From Brevinematales bacterium (GTDB lineage: Bacteria > Spirochaetota > Brevinematia > Brevinematales > GWF1-51-8), in contig JAGVBZ010000003.1 in the NCBI GenBank assembly GCA_020059465.1, positions 89,698 through 153,697 on the forward strand: a stretch of DNA of 64,000 bases. The letters are read 5' to 3'. The first letter of the stretch is position 1. Each line of letters begins with the position of its first letter. The position numbers and the translations under genes were made by a program. Shown piece after piece: positions 35,139 to 44,988 of this stretch. The notes under the pieces were generated by a model, which ran no database searches, was not told where the DNA came from, and saw only the letters and a list, made by a program, of their open reading frames with translations.

Positions 35139-38100
35139 TTAAAACTTCTGGTGGACATTAAATTCGAAAGTAAATTCATAATTCTCTTGCTTCGCGGTAT
35201 CGACAATCGGCTGAAAATGACCGCCGAAATTAAAATTATAAAAATCGAACAGCAGCCCGACGGCATGTGTCGTCTTTATCCCGAACTGCGAGAGCGGATC
35301 GCGTTCAAGCGTGATTTCATACTCAAGGAAAAGATTCGAGAAGAGGTACTTTCCCATACTGAACGATGTACCGCCGAGAAGACTAAGCGGGTCGAGGTTG
35401 GTGCTGCCGTAGAGCATCCCTTTCGTCATCGTTTCGACTATCCCGCTGCGTATCATAAAAAAATCCAGTCCCAGCGTTTTCCGCATCGCCATAGATATAG
35501 GATTGAATATCAGGATATCGTCCGCCATACCGATGCTGCTGATGACGAGTTTCTTGCCCACTTCGCTCCACGCTTCGTTCGTGGGGTTGACCAGGGTATT
35601 TTCAAACCCGAGCAGCGCATAAAGATCGTTCTTTGGACGGTCCGGTACCGAATAAAAGTCCTTCAGTTTGATATCAGTGATATCCCCTTCGAACGTTAAA
35701 AATACCTCGATACTTTCGCCGGTAGAGTCTTTATACCGCGATAAGGTGTTTAGAGATATGAACGGCAACGGATACCCCGGTTTGCCGGAAAATTTCGCTA
35801 CCCCCGTCTGGATCATAAAATCGCGCCCGATAAAACTGAATGTCCCTCTCGTAACTGATACCTCGCCTTTGAGAGTAAACGAGTTATCCCATAGCGAACC
35901 GAGAATTGTCAGGTCCTCCCCGGACACCAGAGTGGTATCTATCAACTGATTCGCGAATCTCACTCCGCTGCCCACTTTTATCGGGAGATTCCAATTCAGG
36001 CGCGCAAAAAGATCGTACGGATCGGTCGGCGGCGCAGGATTCCCTCCTCCGGTAAGCCCTACCGATAAAAACATGTTCTGCGCGACAACATCACCTGTTA
36101 GATGAAGAACGGGCGGATTCCCATAAAGACGAACGGTTTTCACCCGGAGATTCCCCTGTATTTTCATGAGCGGCGTATCGACATCGAGAATGAAATCTGC
36201 AGGTTTTTCATAGAAAGACGATACCTGAATATCTACATATGGTATGGGTATATGACTGGTATCGATATAACCGTTTAGTTCCAAATCGCCCGAACTGGTT
36301 ACCAGCACTTCTTTCTTGAATATCACCTTGCTTTTCTGAATATCGAGATTCAACTTCTGGTTCTGAACCGTCGTTTTCGTATAATCCATCGCCGCCGAAA
36401 AATCGCTGATCTGGAGTGTTCCGTTGAAAAGCGGGTCTGATCCGGATCCCGAGGCTGTCAGGTTCAGATGCGCTTTCCCATCAATTTTACGGAGAAATTT
36501 TAAAAACGAAAATAATTTCAGGTCGGCCGTCAGGCTGATCGCGCTTGAATCGACCTTATTGTTCTTCACGTTATAGACTATCGTACCCCATATCTTATCG
36601 GAAAGGATATCGAGGTCGACTTTTGTCTGGCCGCCCTTGTCGATTACTATACCGTTCACTCCGTTCTTATTCGCCAGACGGTAGAATTTATACTGGTTTC
36701 CGTCCACTATCACACCGCCCTCGATCGCCCCCATCGATATCTCGTTCATCTTGATGGAGTTTATCCGATAGGATAACGTCTGGGATTCGTTCTTAGAGTT
36801 GTAGACTAAATCGTACATTCCGTCGATTGAACCGAGCAAAGTTATCTTGCCGTTCGCGTTAACATACATACCGTCTTTCCGCAGTATCATCTTTCCGTTT
36901 GCGGAAAAAGAAAAATCTCTGTCATAGTAACGAAGATTTAATGCGGAGTAAATATTATTATTTTTCGCAAGGTCCTCGACGGTTAATATCGTTTTCTTCG
37001 GCGAGTTCGGCGATGCGGTAATCTGATAGACCAGCGCGCTCCCGTGCATATCAGGATCGGTCAGTTTCCCCCTGAACGTCAAACCGAACGTTACATAATA
37101 ATTCTGACCCTTTTTTATCAGGTTCTTCACCCCGAAATCGTGTATCGACATGGAACCGATTATATCGTCAAATGAAGCATCGAATGTCAGGAATCCGCGA
37201 ACAAATTCGATCTTTCCCTTGAGACGCTTTCCATTTTCGTTCATCCATCCCGATGTGGATAACAACGTATCGTCGTTGAGGGTGAGGGTACAATGATCGA
37301 CTTTAATATCGCCGCCGCCTTTCTTTTTCTCTGAACGGAGGACAAGCTTGAACTTGTAATCCTTATCCAAGGGATAATCGAGGTTCATCCTGACACCCCA
37401 CAGCGATCCTGCATAAAAACGGAGATCGGCCTCCCCCGATAGAAAACCGGGAAAGTCAAACCGTTTCATAGGGTAGGAATGGAGATTGATTCCTATATTC
37501 AGCCACGGCCCCGTACCATATATACCGACTGAAATCAGCCCTCCGAGGTCAAAACGCCCATTTACCGCCCCTTTATCATTATCTACCGTCACAAGACCCT
37601 TTACGGGCAAATAATGACGGTAAAGCCAGTTCAGATCGCCTGAAAACTTCAGGTCAGTGCGTGTCTTGCTCGGCGTAATAAATTCCAATCCGCCCTTGAG
37701 AAATATCTGGTTCTGGGGAAAGTTCAACGTGCGGAACGTGAGAAGGGTATTGCTCAGATGCACGGAGGTTTCGATAATTTTCCGTCCGAAGTAAAATCCC
37801 TGCAGATCGCCGTCGAGATAGAAAATATCGTCCTTCGTATATAGAACCACGTTTCCGTCATACTTTCCCTTCCCGAGGTTAAAAAAGTCCATATGAATAT
37901 TCTTTACGACAAACGCACCGTTCGCATCATTCAGACGGATTTGGATACGGAAGTCGGCATTGGTAACCGCTCCGTCCACATACGCCTGATACTGTCCCTT
38001 GAGGCTCTTGATATCGACGATCCCGTTCGTCTGTATCGTAATCACCGCGCCGGCGTTCCCGACTACTCCGCCGTTAAGCTGAAGACCCTTGATCCGTGCA

Positions 38101-39278
38101 ATGACAGAATTGGAAAAAGATTTAACCTCGGCGATACCGCTGAATTTTAGTCCGTCCATAAACGATATATCGCGCATCTCAACAGTACCGTCAGGCAGCT
38201 GCGCGTTCTTCTTGAAAAAGACGTCCGCTCTGATCAATCCGTACTTCGGAGTATCTATATAACCCTTTACATAGAACCTGTCGTTTTCCTCATAGGCAAA
38301 AAGTTCACCGAATTTCTTTTTCAGGTCGGCGGACTTGATTTCAGTCACCAGATTGATCTTATCGTTTCTATAGATCAGCGAGGTTTCCATGATATACTGA
38401 TTCGTCGGGAAAAGGTACTCGAAAAGATTGTATTCTGAGTATTTTTTATAATCGATGGAAAAAGGTCTCGCTAATTTAAAGGTCAGACCGTCCTTTTCGA
38501 CTTTAATAAAGTTTGAGAGCGCGGGATCGTCCCAATCGAACGCCAGCACGTTCGACTCCATAGTAAAACGAAGTTCCTGTTTTGAAAATAACTTCATCCC
38601 GCCGAAGTCCACATCGTTCAGGCCGAATTTCCCGGTACCCACACGGTTGGATAAGTCTGAGAACTCGAACGCGAAACTGGTGTCGGCATTCAGGTATTCG
38701 ATATTTGTCGAGAGGAAAACGTTCGCTCTAACATCGGCGAATACCGATAATCGGTTCGGGTTGAACAGGAGACGAATATCCTTGATATTCAGGTCGGAGC
38801 TGATCTGACCGAGGAGACCGAGTTTAACATTGACCGAACGGATGTCGACGTTTAACGATTGAATCAGCGTCGAATCCGATTTATCGTTCGTCTGCCCCTT
38901 CTGCAGAGATTCTACCATCGAGGTGATCTGGGGAATTGTCGAGAAGAGCGACACGCTCCCCACACGTACGCCGGTAATAGCCGCCGCAATATCCCCTTGC
39001 CCGATATAGCGCATTATATCATAATTTATCACAGCGGAATCGATATAAGCGTAAGAACCGTCATCCATTACCAGCGAAAACCCGTTAGCTTCTATCGATA
39101 CGAACGGCAAATTCATGAATCCCTCGATATTTACCTTCTGAACGCCCAAGAGGTCGGCGATCTGGGTTTCTATCGCAGTCTTATTCTTATCCAGTATGAG
39201 ATGTATGACGCCCATCAATCCGAAATAGACCAATACAAGTATGACTACGGACGCGATGCTATATTTTAATACCTTCAT
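35139..39278 (-). CDS. tamB: TamB/AsmA-like translocation and assembly module protein
   Basis: 1379 aa with a single N-terminal TM anchor, a long beta-rich body and a DUF490-like C-terminus. It lies immediately upstream of bamA, as in the tamB-bamA arrangement reported for spirochetes. Confidence 0.75.
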   Translation of the reverse strand: MKVLKYSIASVVILVLVYFGLMGVIHLILDKNKTAIETQIADLLGVQKVNIEGFMNLPFVSIEANGFSLVMDDGSYAYIDSAVINYDIMRYIGQGDIAAAITGVRVGSVSLFSTIPQITSMVESLQKGQTNDKSDSTLIQSLNVDIRSVNVKLGLLGQISSDLNIKDIRLLFNPNRLSVFADVRANVFLSTNIEYLNADTSFAFEFSDLSNRVGTGKFGLNDVDFGGMKLFSKQELRFTMESNVLAFDWDDPALSNFIKVEKDGLTFKLARPFSIDYKKYSEYNLFEYLFPTNQYIMETSLIYRNDKINLVTEIKSADLKKKFGELFAYEENDRFYVKGYIDTPKYGLIRADVFFKKNAQLPDGTVEMRDISFMDGLKFSGIAEVKSFSNSVIARIKGLQLNGGVVGNAGAVITIQTNGIVDIKSLKGQYQAYVDGAVTNADFRIQIRLNDANGAFVVKNIHMDFFNLGKGKYDGNVVLYTKDDIFYLDGDLQGFYFGRKIIETSVHLSNTLLTFRTLNFPQNQIFLKGGLEFITPSKTRTDLKFSGDLNWLYRHYLPVKGLVTVDNDKGAVNGRFDLGGLISVGIYGTGPWLNIGINLHSYPMKRFDFPGFLSGEADLRFYAGSLWGVRMNLDYPLDKDYKFKLVLRSEKKKGGGDIKVDHCTLTLNDDTLLSTSGWMNENGKRLKGKIEFVRGFLTFDASFDDIIGSMSIHDFGVKNLIKKGQNYYVTFGLTFRGKLTDPDMHGSALVYQITASPNSPKKTILTVEDLAKNNNIYSALNLRYYDRDFSFSANGKMILRKDGMYVNANGKITLLGSIDGMYDLVYNSKNESQTLSYRINSIKMNEISMGAIEGGVIVDGNQYKFYRLANKNGVNGIVIDKGGQTKVDLDILSDKIWGTIVYNVKNNKVDSSAISLTADLKLFSFLKFLRKIDGKAHLNLTASGSGSDPLFNGTLQISDFSAAMDYTKTTVQNQKLNLDIQKSKVIFKKEVLVTSSGDLELNGYIDTSHIPIPYVDIQVSSFYEKPADFILDVDTPLMKIQGNLRVKTVRLYGNPPVLHLTGDVVAQNMFLSVGLTGGGNPAPPTDPYDLFARLNWNLPIKVGSGVRFANQLIDTTLVSGEDLTILGSLWDNSFTLKGEVSVTRGTFSFIGRDFMIQTGVAKFSGKPGYPLPFISLNTLSRYKDSTGESIEVFLTFEGDITDIKLKDFYSVPDRPKNDLYALLGFENTLVNPTNEAWSEVGKKLVISSIGMADDILIFNPISMAMRKTLGLDFFMIRSGIVETMTKGMLYGSTNLDPLSLLGGTSFSMGKYLFSNLFLEYEITLERDPLSQFGIKTTHAVGLLFDFYNFNFGGHFQPIVDTAKQENYEFTFEFNVHQKF

Positions 39279-39299
39279 ATTCTCTATAAATCGTCCCGG

Positions 39300-40847
39300 T
39301 TATTTTCCCTCGAACTGCTTTTTCAGCTTATCTATGATATTTTTCCGGGCGATCTGTACCGCCTGTTGGGGCGTCGCGGCATATGCGCCTCCCTTCAGGG
39401 TAACGGATTTCTCCAATTTATTTGTATCTAATTCGATAATGGAAAAATTAAGGGTCACATCGACGGATACTTCGTTTTCGAAACCCTTGCCCGGACCGAT
39501 GATATCTTTGGTCTTACCGAGAAGATTGACCACTTCCACCGCGAACAGTAACCGCTTCACATTGGGATACTTCGCCTTCAGGTATGTCATTATGGATTCC
39601 TTGAACATTTTCTCCTCGACACCCTCGCTGAATACCGATTCGGGTATCTCGACAGTGATGATATTAAATCCTTTATTGGCAAAGAACCCGGCGAAAATAT
39701 CCTGCATCTGAGGCACAAGTACCGGCTTGGTGACGGGTTTCTTTTGATTCTTCGCGAATACGATATCGATGACCACCACTGCAGTGGGTACTGCCAGTAT
39801 TTTCGACTCGAGTTTCAACGGAACCTGAAGGGAAATAGACTTCTGGAGTTTCACCAGTTTATTGTAATATTCCGCATCGGCTTTCTTCAGGTCATCGAGT
39901 TTACTGAGCGAGAACGATACTGTAACATTTAATGATACCGCGTCGGCACCGGCTCTCGCCTCGTATGTGACCTTTCCGTCCGATCCTGAGGAATAACCCT
40001 GCGGCGCGAGCATTTCGGCCTTTCCGTTTGCTTCGAACGATGCTGTCAAAAGTCCTGCGACCGGCTTGCCGCTTTTTGACGATGATACGATCACATCGAT
40101 AAGATCGCTGCCCCCTTCTTTATACGCAAATTCGGGCGCGTTCTTCAGGGCAAACGCGAGACTGCTCAGGATATCGTAAACCTTGCTTTTTGCAGATTCA
40201 TTGATATCCTTATTGTCCGCGGACAATATACTGATATAAAGCGCGCTCACTGCGCTGTCAAGTGCTGCGGAAATATTCCCGCCCTTTATCTGCGAATCCG
40301 CCTCCGCAAGGTATTTTAACGCGGCGGCGCGCTGTTCTTTCGTCTGCTTCTCCAACCGCGCCTTTTCGGCGTCTATCCAGCTCTTCGTAATTTTCAGCAG
40401 CACGGATACATTATATGTATCGTCGGAATACTGCTCGTAATATACTTCCTCCACATCCACGCTGACTTTAGCGCTCCCCTTCCCTTCGATGCTGTCTATA
40501 ATTTCAGTACGATAGGTGTCGGCGTCCATCGCGCCTCCCGCAAGAATTTGTTTGGATACCTTGAACTCGTGAGTGGCCTGAAACCCGATATACTGCAGGA
40601 TCTGCTTTACCGCGTCGCCGATAGCCGCGTCACGCGCGCCCTTGAACCCCTCTACGCTCTCGACACGTCCTACGAAGTAGAAGATTTCCCCGGTGCCTTT
40701 CTTCCCCATCATCACCCATCCGGGCTCGGACGCAGCAGAGGTTTTTACCAGAGTTTTGCTCAGCGGCTTGACATTTCCCCCGCCCCCGCAGGATACCAGA
40801 CTAAAAATTACAGCCGAAAATAAAACATTTTTCATTAATCCCCTCAT
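39300..40847 (-). CDS. lipoprotein of unknown function (LPP20-like N-terminal region)
   Basis: Lipobox FSLVSCGGGG. 21-nt gap to tamB. Start choice among three close Met codons is uncertain. Confidence 0.6.
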   Translation of the reverse strand: MRGLMKNVLFSAVIFSLVSCGGGGNVKPLSKTLVKTSAASEPGWVMMGKKGTGEIFYFVGRVESVEGFKGARDAAIGDAVKQILQYIGFQATHEFKVSKQILAGGAMDADTYRTEIIDSIEGKGSAKVSVDVEEVYYEQYSDDTYNVSVLLKITKSWIDAEKARLEKQTKEQRAAALKYLAEADSQIKGGNISAALDSAVSALYISILSADNKDINESAKSKVYDILSSLAFALKNAPEFAYKEGGSDLIDVIVSSSKSGKPVAGLLTASFEANGKAEMLAPQGYSSGSDGKVTYEARAGADAVSLNVTVSFSLSKLDDLKKADAEYYNKLVKLQKSISLQVPLKLESKILAVPTAVVVIDIVFAKNQKKPVTKPVLVPQMQDIFAGFFANKGFNIITVEIPESVFSEGVEEKMFKESIMTYLKAKYPNVKRLLFAVEVVNLLGKTKDIIGPGKGFENEVSVDVTLNFSIIELDTNKLEKSVTLKGGAYAATPQQAVQIARKNIIDKLKKQFEGK

Positions 40848-40901
40848 TTTATCCTCCAATCATAATATATCTCTGTTTTGAAAAAATCCCATGCGATATA
40901 T

Positions 40902-42863
40902 CTATTTTTCCCATAATTTTTTCTTCTCGCTTAGCTGAGTATTCACGGGATTAAGTTTCAGCCCCTGCTTGTAATAATCGATCGCCGTATCGAGTTTCCC
41001 TTTATTCTCGTAGATGATCCCGAGATGGTAATAAATATCTTCCATTCCGGGCGCCTTCGGCAGTTCTCCCAGACGCAATTCAAGCTGATGGAACACATTG
41101 TAAGCCTTATCAATTTCGCCCATCCTGAAATAGATCCATCCGAGCGTGTCGAGATATGCGAGACTGTCCGGGCTGGTAATAAGCGCAAGATTGACCAGTT
41201 TTAGCGCCTCGTCGAGATTTTCTCCCTTCAACGCATATGTATAAGCTAAAAGATTATTCATTTCGGACGATTCAGGGTTGGCTTTCCGCCCGATCAGCAG
41301 GTATTTAAGCGCCTCGTCAATCCGTTCCATTCCCACCAAAACAGCGCCGATGTAGTAATAAATGCGGTGGTCGGATTTATCAATATCTAGCGCGTTTTCA
41401 AAATCTTTCAGCGCGTCCGTTTTTTTATCAAATTCGAGATTGAGCATCCCGGAGTAGAAGAACACCTGATATTTTTCCGTTTTCGTTTTGGCGTTCTTTT
41501 TCGCGATGTCGATCTGTGCAAACGCCTTAGAAATATCCTTCATCTGATAGTACATAAACGACAAACGTATCTGCGAGATCGCACGGTATTCCTTCGCGCC
41601 CGGATAGCTCAGATATTTCTGGTAATATTCCGCCGCCTCCTGGTATTTTCCGCTGTCGTCCAACAGCGACCCGATAAACCAGTACACATCCGGTACAAGG
41701 TTCGTATTATTTTCAATCATTTTATAATAACTAATCGCCAAACCGGATTTCTGCGCCTCGCCGGCTTTCTTGCCGAGTATAAACGCTTCCCGCCAGAGCG
41801 ACTGGTGATCCGATAACGCCTCATAATTCTTATAAAGCACGAAATGCGAGTAATAATCGTCACTATTGTTCTTTTTCATGTATTTTTGGATTGCCTGTAT
41901 GGAATCGGCATACTTTCCTGCATAATAATAATTAATCGATTCGACAAAATGGGTTTTCTGCGGATATGCCTTTAATATATTAGGAAGGTCGGCGCTTTGC
42001 GCCGCAAAACGCACCGCGGCTACCAGATCGATCATTTCGGATTGCCAGTAGCTCTTCGGGAGTTTGTCAACATATGCAATCGACTGATCAAAATCCAGCA
42101 CCACCGCATGCAAAAGAGCCAAATAACGCACCAGTTCCATATCTTCCGCGTATATTTCCCCAGCCTTTTCGAGGAAACGGATGGCGTTATTATAATTGTA
42201 ATTCCTGAACGATATCATTCCGAGGTAAAACAACGAATAGTACTGCGAAAGGTAGTCGAAGTTCCCGCCTTCGTTCGGGGCGACAATGACCTTCTCCAGA
42301 TAGGGCTGCGCCTTTTCCATTTGCCCGTTCATATAATAGTACGCGCCGATATAATAGTTCGCTTTCCGGTTGTCGGGATACTTCTCGAGAAGAGCGCCCG
42401 CTGCCTTTAAAAACTGTTTCTCGTCCCCGATTGCGCGGCTCATTTCGATCCACAGCGAATACAGTTCCACCACATCCGGGTGTTTCGCGACCGCCTTCAG
42501 GACATACCGCAGCGCTTCTTCAGCCATAACCTTGTCGGCTTTTTTTGCGAGCAGGTTCGTATAGGCAGAAAACATATTCAAGTACACATAACTGTCGTCT
42601 ACGCCGCTGTCGATCAGAAACTTGAATTTCTTCAGCGCGTCCTTATACTTTCCTTCGTATTGCAGTAAAATCGCGTCCATATATATACCCTCGGCGGATT
42701 TCTGCGACAACTGGGCATTATCCCAGAAATCGTCCCAATAATCCGTTACAGGATCGGCCGCAGGCGGCGCCATGTTGACATCGGCCTTACGGTCCTTGGG
42801 CAGCGCTGACACAGACGCCCACACGCATAGCATCAATATATTTGCGATAATCGCTTTTTTCAT
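40902..42863 (-). CDS. secreted TPR-repeat protein (653 aa)
   Basis: Signal peptide followed by many TPR-like A/Y/L-periodic repeats. Confidence 0.75.
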   Translation of the reverse strand: MKKAIIANILMLCVWASVSALPKDRKADVNMAPPAADPVTDYWDDFWDNAQLSQKSAEGIYMDAILLQYEGKYKDALKKFKFLIDSGVDDSYVYLNMFSAYTNLLAKKADKVMAEEALRYVLKAVAKHPDVVELYSLWIEMSRAIGDEKQFLKAAGALLEKYPDNRKANYYIGAYYYMNGQMEKAQPYLEKVIVAPNEGGNFDYLSQYYSLFYLGMISFRNYNYNNAIRFLEKAGEIYAEDMELVRYLALLHAVVLDFDQSIAYVDKLPKSYWQSEMIDLVAAVRFAAQSADLPNILKAYPQKTHFVESINYYYAGKYADSIQAIQKYMKKNNSDDYYSHFVLYKNYEALSDHQSLWREAFILGKKAGEAQKSGLAISYYKMIENNTNLVPDVYWFIGSLLDDSGKYQEAAEYYQKYLSYPGAKEYRAISQIRLSFMYYQMKDISKAFAQIDIAKKNAKTKTEKYQVFFYSGMLNLEFDKKTDALKDFENALDIDKSDHRIYYYIGAVLVGMERIDEALKYLLIGRKANPESSEMNNLLAYTYALKGENLDEALKLVNLALITSPDSLAYLDTLGWIYFRMGEIDKAYNVFHQLELRLGELPKAPGMEDIYYHLGIIYENKGKLDTAIDYYKQGLKLNPVNTQLSEKKKLWEK

Positions 42864-42869
42864 ATCGTC

Positions 42870-43616
42870 CTAACCTCTGATGATGATATTTACAACCTGT
42901 TCATAGAGCCAGAAAACCGGAGTATAGATGTACTGCATCAGCCCGAAAAATATCAGCGCGAATAATACGCCGAACAGGATGTTCTTGTTCTTCTCGAGCC
43001 ATACCGCCTGCTTCCCGGGAAGCACGCTGATCATGAAATTATACCCGTCCAGCGGCGGGAGGGGCAGAATATTAAACACTATCAATATGATATTGATCGC
43101 CCCGATCATGATAAACGCGTACACTAAAAACGCAGCGCCCGGTATGAATCTTACGATGATCAGGATGATTAATAACATGAACAGCATGATTGCGAAGTTT
43201 GTAATAATACCCGCGAGAGAAACCATTGTCATATCGCGCCGTGAACGGAGATTCATCGGGTTCACCGGCACCGGTTTCGCCCATCCGAATACCGGGAGAT
43301 GCATACCCAGCAAGGAATTCAGGAGTATCAGCACTCCGGGGACTGCGAGGGTTCCTATCGGGTCGATATGTTTTATGGGGTTGAACGACAGTCTGCCGCT
43401 TTCCTTCGCGGTCGGGTCGCCTCCTAAAAGAGCGGCATACCCGTGCGCGATCTCGTGCAGGATAATCGAATAAAGCGTCCCCAGAACAATAAGCGCAATA
43501 ATAACGATTTGATATATTAACGGTATCCCGCGTAAGTATTCCCAATTCATATAGATTAGTTTAACAAGCAAATGGAAAAAGGTCAACCCCTTGGTACTGC
43601 GTACGGCTATTTCCAT
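42870..43616 (-). CDS. M50-family (site-2 protease-like) membrane metalloprotease
   Basis: HEIAHGYAA (HExxH) lies in a TM helix. Multi-pass membrane protein. LPLPPLDGY resembles the second zinc-ligand motif. The start is uncertain; an alternative Met is at 43550. Confidence 0.75.
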   Translation of the reverse strand: MEIAVRSTKGLTFFHLLVKLIYMNWEYLRGIPLIYQIVIIALIVLGTLYSIILHEIAHGYAALLGGDPTAKESGRLSFNPIKHIDPIGTLAVPGVLILLNSLLGMHLPVFGWAKPVPVNPMNLRSRRDMTMVSLAGIITNFAIMLFMLLIILIIVRFIPGAAFLVYAFIMIGAINIILIVFNILPLPPLDGYNFMISVLPGKQAVWLEKNKNILFGVLFALIFFGLMQYIYTPVFWLYEQVVNIIIRG

Positions 43617-43820
43617 TACGATACGTCGTTATTTTATCAACCATCAGCCTGCGCTGATTCAGCGCGACACCCGTGTACCTGCATTGCGTACGGCGAATCC
43701 CATTAGCATACAATGTGTATAATCAGCCTCTCAGCCTGCGGCGTCATCCTTATCTGCTACTGCGAAGCAAAATGCAGGCGAGCCTACCGAAGAGTGTTTG
43801 CGAAGTGGAAAGATGTATAC

Positions 43821-44975
43821 TTATTCATTTTTTGTATAGTCAAATCTTAATTCTTTATATTTCTTTTTAAGTATAGAGATAAAATTTTCACCTTTTTGAA
43901 CTAATTCAATATCAACCATAGTAATATTTAATATTGTAATGCCACTTCTTTGATAGATTTTAATCAATTCCTTAGCTGCAAATTTTTCCTCTTCGTTTTT
44001 TTCACCGGATAAACCGTTTATAGAAAAGACAATTCCTGCCTTACACTTTGTAGATTCCAATAATGAATGAAATTTCGCTACTGATCCAAGGCTTACACTT
44101 TTTTCCGTCTCGTTTTTACATTCACACGGAATGAACAAGCCTAATTCAGATATAGGGTCGATTTGACTTCTGTTGTTTTCACATAAAATATCTATCTGAA
44201 AGGTATCTGTTCTTAAATTATGCTTAGTGCGAAAACCCGGAATACCAGAAAGTAGATAAGCTGACAATTCTTCAAATATTTTTCCCCTTTCATCTTTCTT
44301 ACTTTCTTCAATTAAGAATGAAAGATATTCCCGGTTTATTTCATAATACATATGCTCTTTAATTGCTGGATACTCTATCATCCATTCATTGCTCAATTGC
44401 AATAAAAACCAATCGGGATAAAATACTTTTGATTCTTTTTCATTCCTTAAATAAATATTAAATATTTCTTTTACATAGCGATTTATTTCATTATCTGACA
44501 TACCATGATAAAATGACAAACGAAAATATGAACCTCCTTGATTTGTATTTAAATATGCTTTCCCTTTTTCTTTAGAATCCCTAATAGCGTCTTCAATTAA
44601 AGTAAGCATCATGTATTTTTTTGCCGAAAAAGGGCTTTCCAACATTATGTAATTGTCTCTTATCCATACTAATGGCATACCTTTTGAAATATATTCTTCT
44701 TTTTCTTCTTCATATTCTATCATTGTATAATATAATTCTTTTGCTACATTGATTGCCTGAAAATATCTATTTTCGTTATATCGATAAAATAAAATAACTG
44801 ATTCCCAAATATTCCGAGTTAAATCTTCATTAACATCCCTATATGCTTTTTTAAGCATTGAAATAATATTCTCATTACCTCTCTCATTAACTAAAACCTG
44901 ATATATATCTTTAGGAATAATATCTACAATACCCTGATATTGAGGTGGGAAATATTTCTTTGTCTCTTCCCTCAT
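43821..44975 (-). CDS. PD-(D/E)xK (Mrr-like) restriction-endonuclease-fold protein with unknown N-terminal domain
   Basis: C-terminal GKIFEELSAYLL...FQIDIL...IPCECKN...GIVFSINGLSG fits the D...E-x-K nuclease core. The gene is about 30% GC, against roughly 50-60% in the flanks. Confidence 0.65.
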   Translation of the reverse strand: MREETKKYFPPQYQGIVDIIPKDIYQVLVNERGNENIISMLKKAYRDVNEDLTRNIWESVILFYRYNENRYFQAINVAKELYYTMIEYEEEKEEYISKGMPLVWIRDNYIMLESPFSAKKYMMLTLIEDAIRDSKEKGKAYLNTNQGGSYFRLSFYHGMSDNEINRYVKEIFNIYLRNEKESKVFYPDWFLLQLSNEWMIEYPAIKEHMYYEINREYLSFLIEESKKDERGKIFEELSAYLLSGIPGFRTKHNLRTDTFQIDILCENNRSQIDPISELGLFIPCECKNETEKSVSLGSVAKFHSLLESTKCKAGIVFSINGLSGEKNEEEKFAAKELIKIYQRSGITILNITMVDIELVQKGENFISILKKKYKELRFDYTKNE

Positions 44976-44988
44976 GACACTCCTCCTC

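Noticed and set aside
43597-43710. The 27-nt direct repeats as att sites flanking the low-GC island
   Set aside because: The two copies are only 87 nt apart and both lie on the same side of the island (43821-44975), so they cannot bracket it. I kept this as a possible leader or scar instead.
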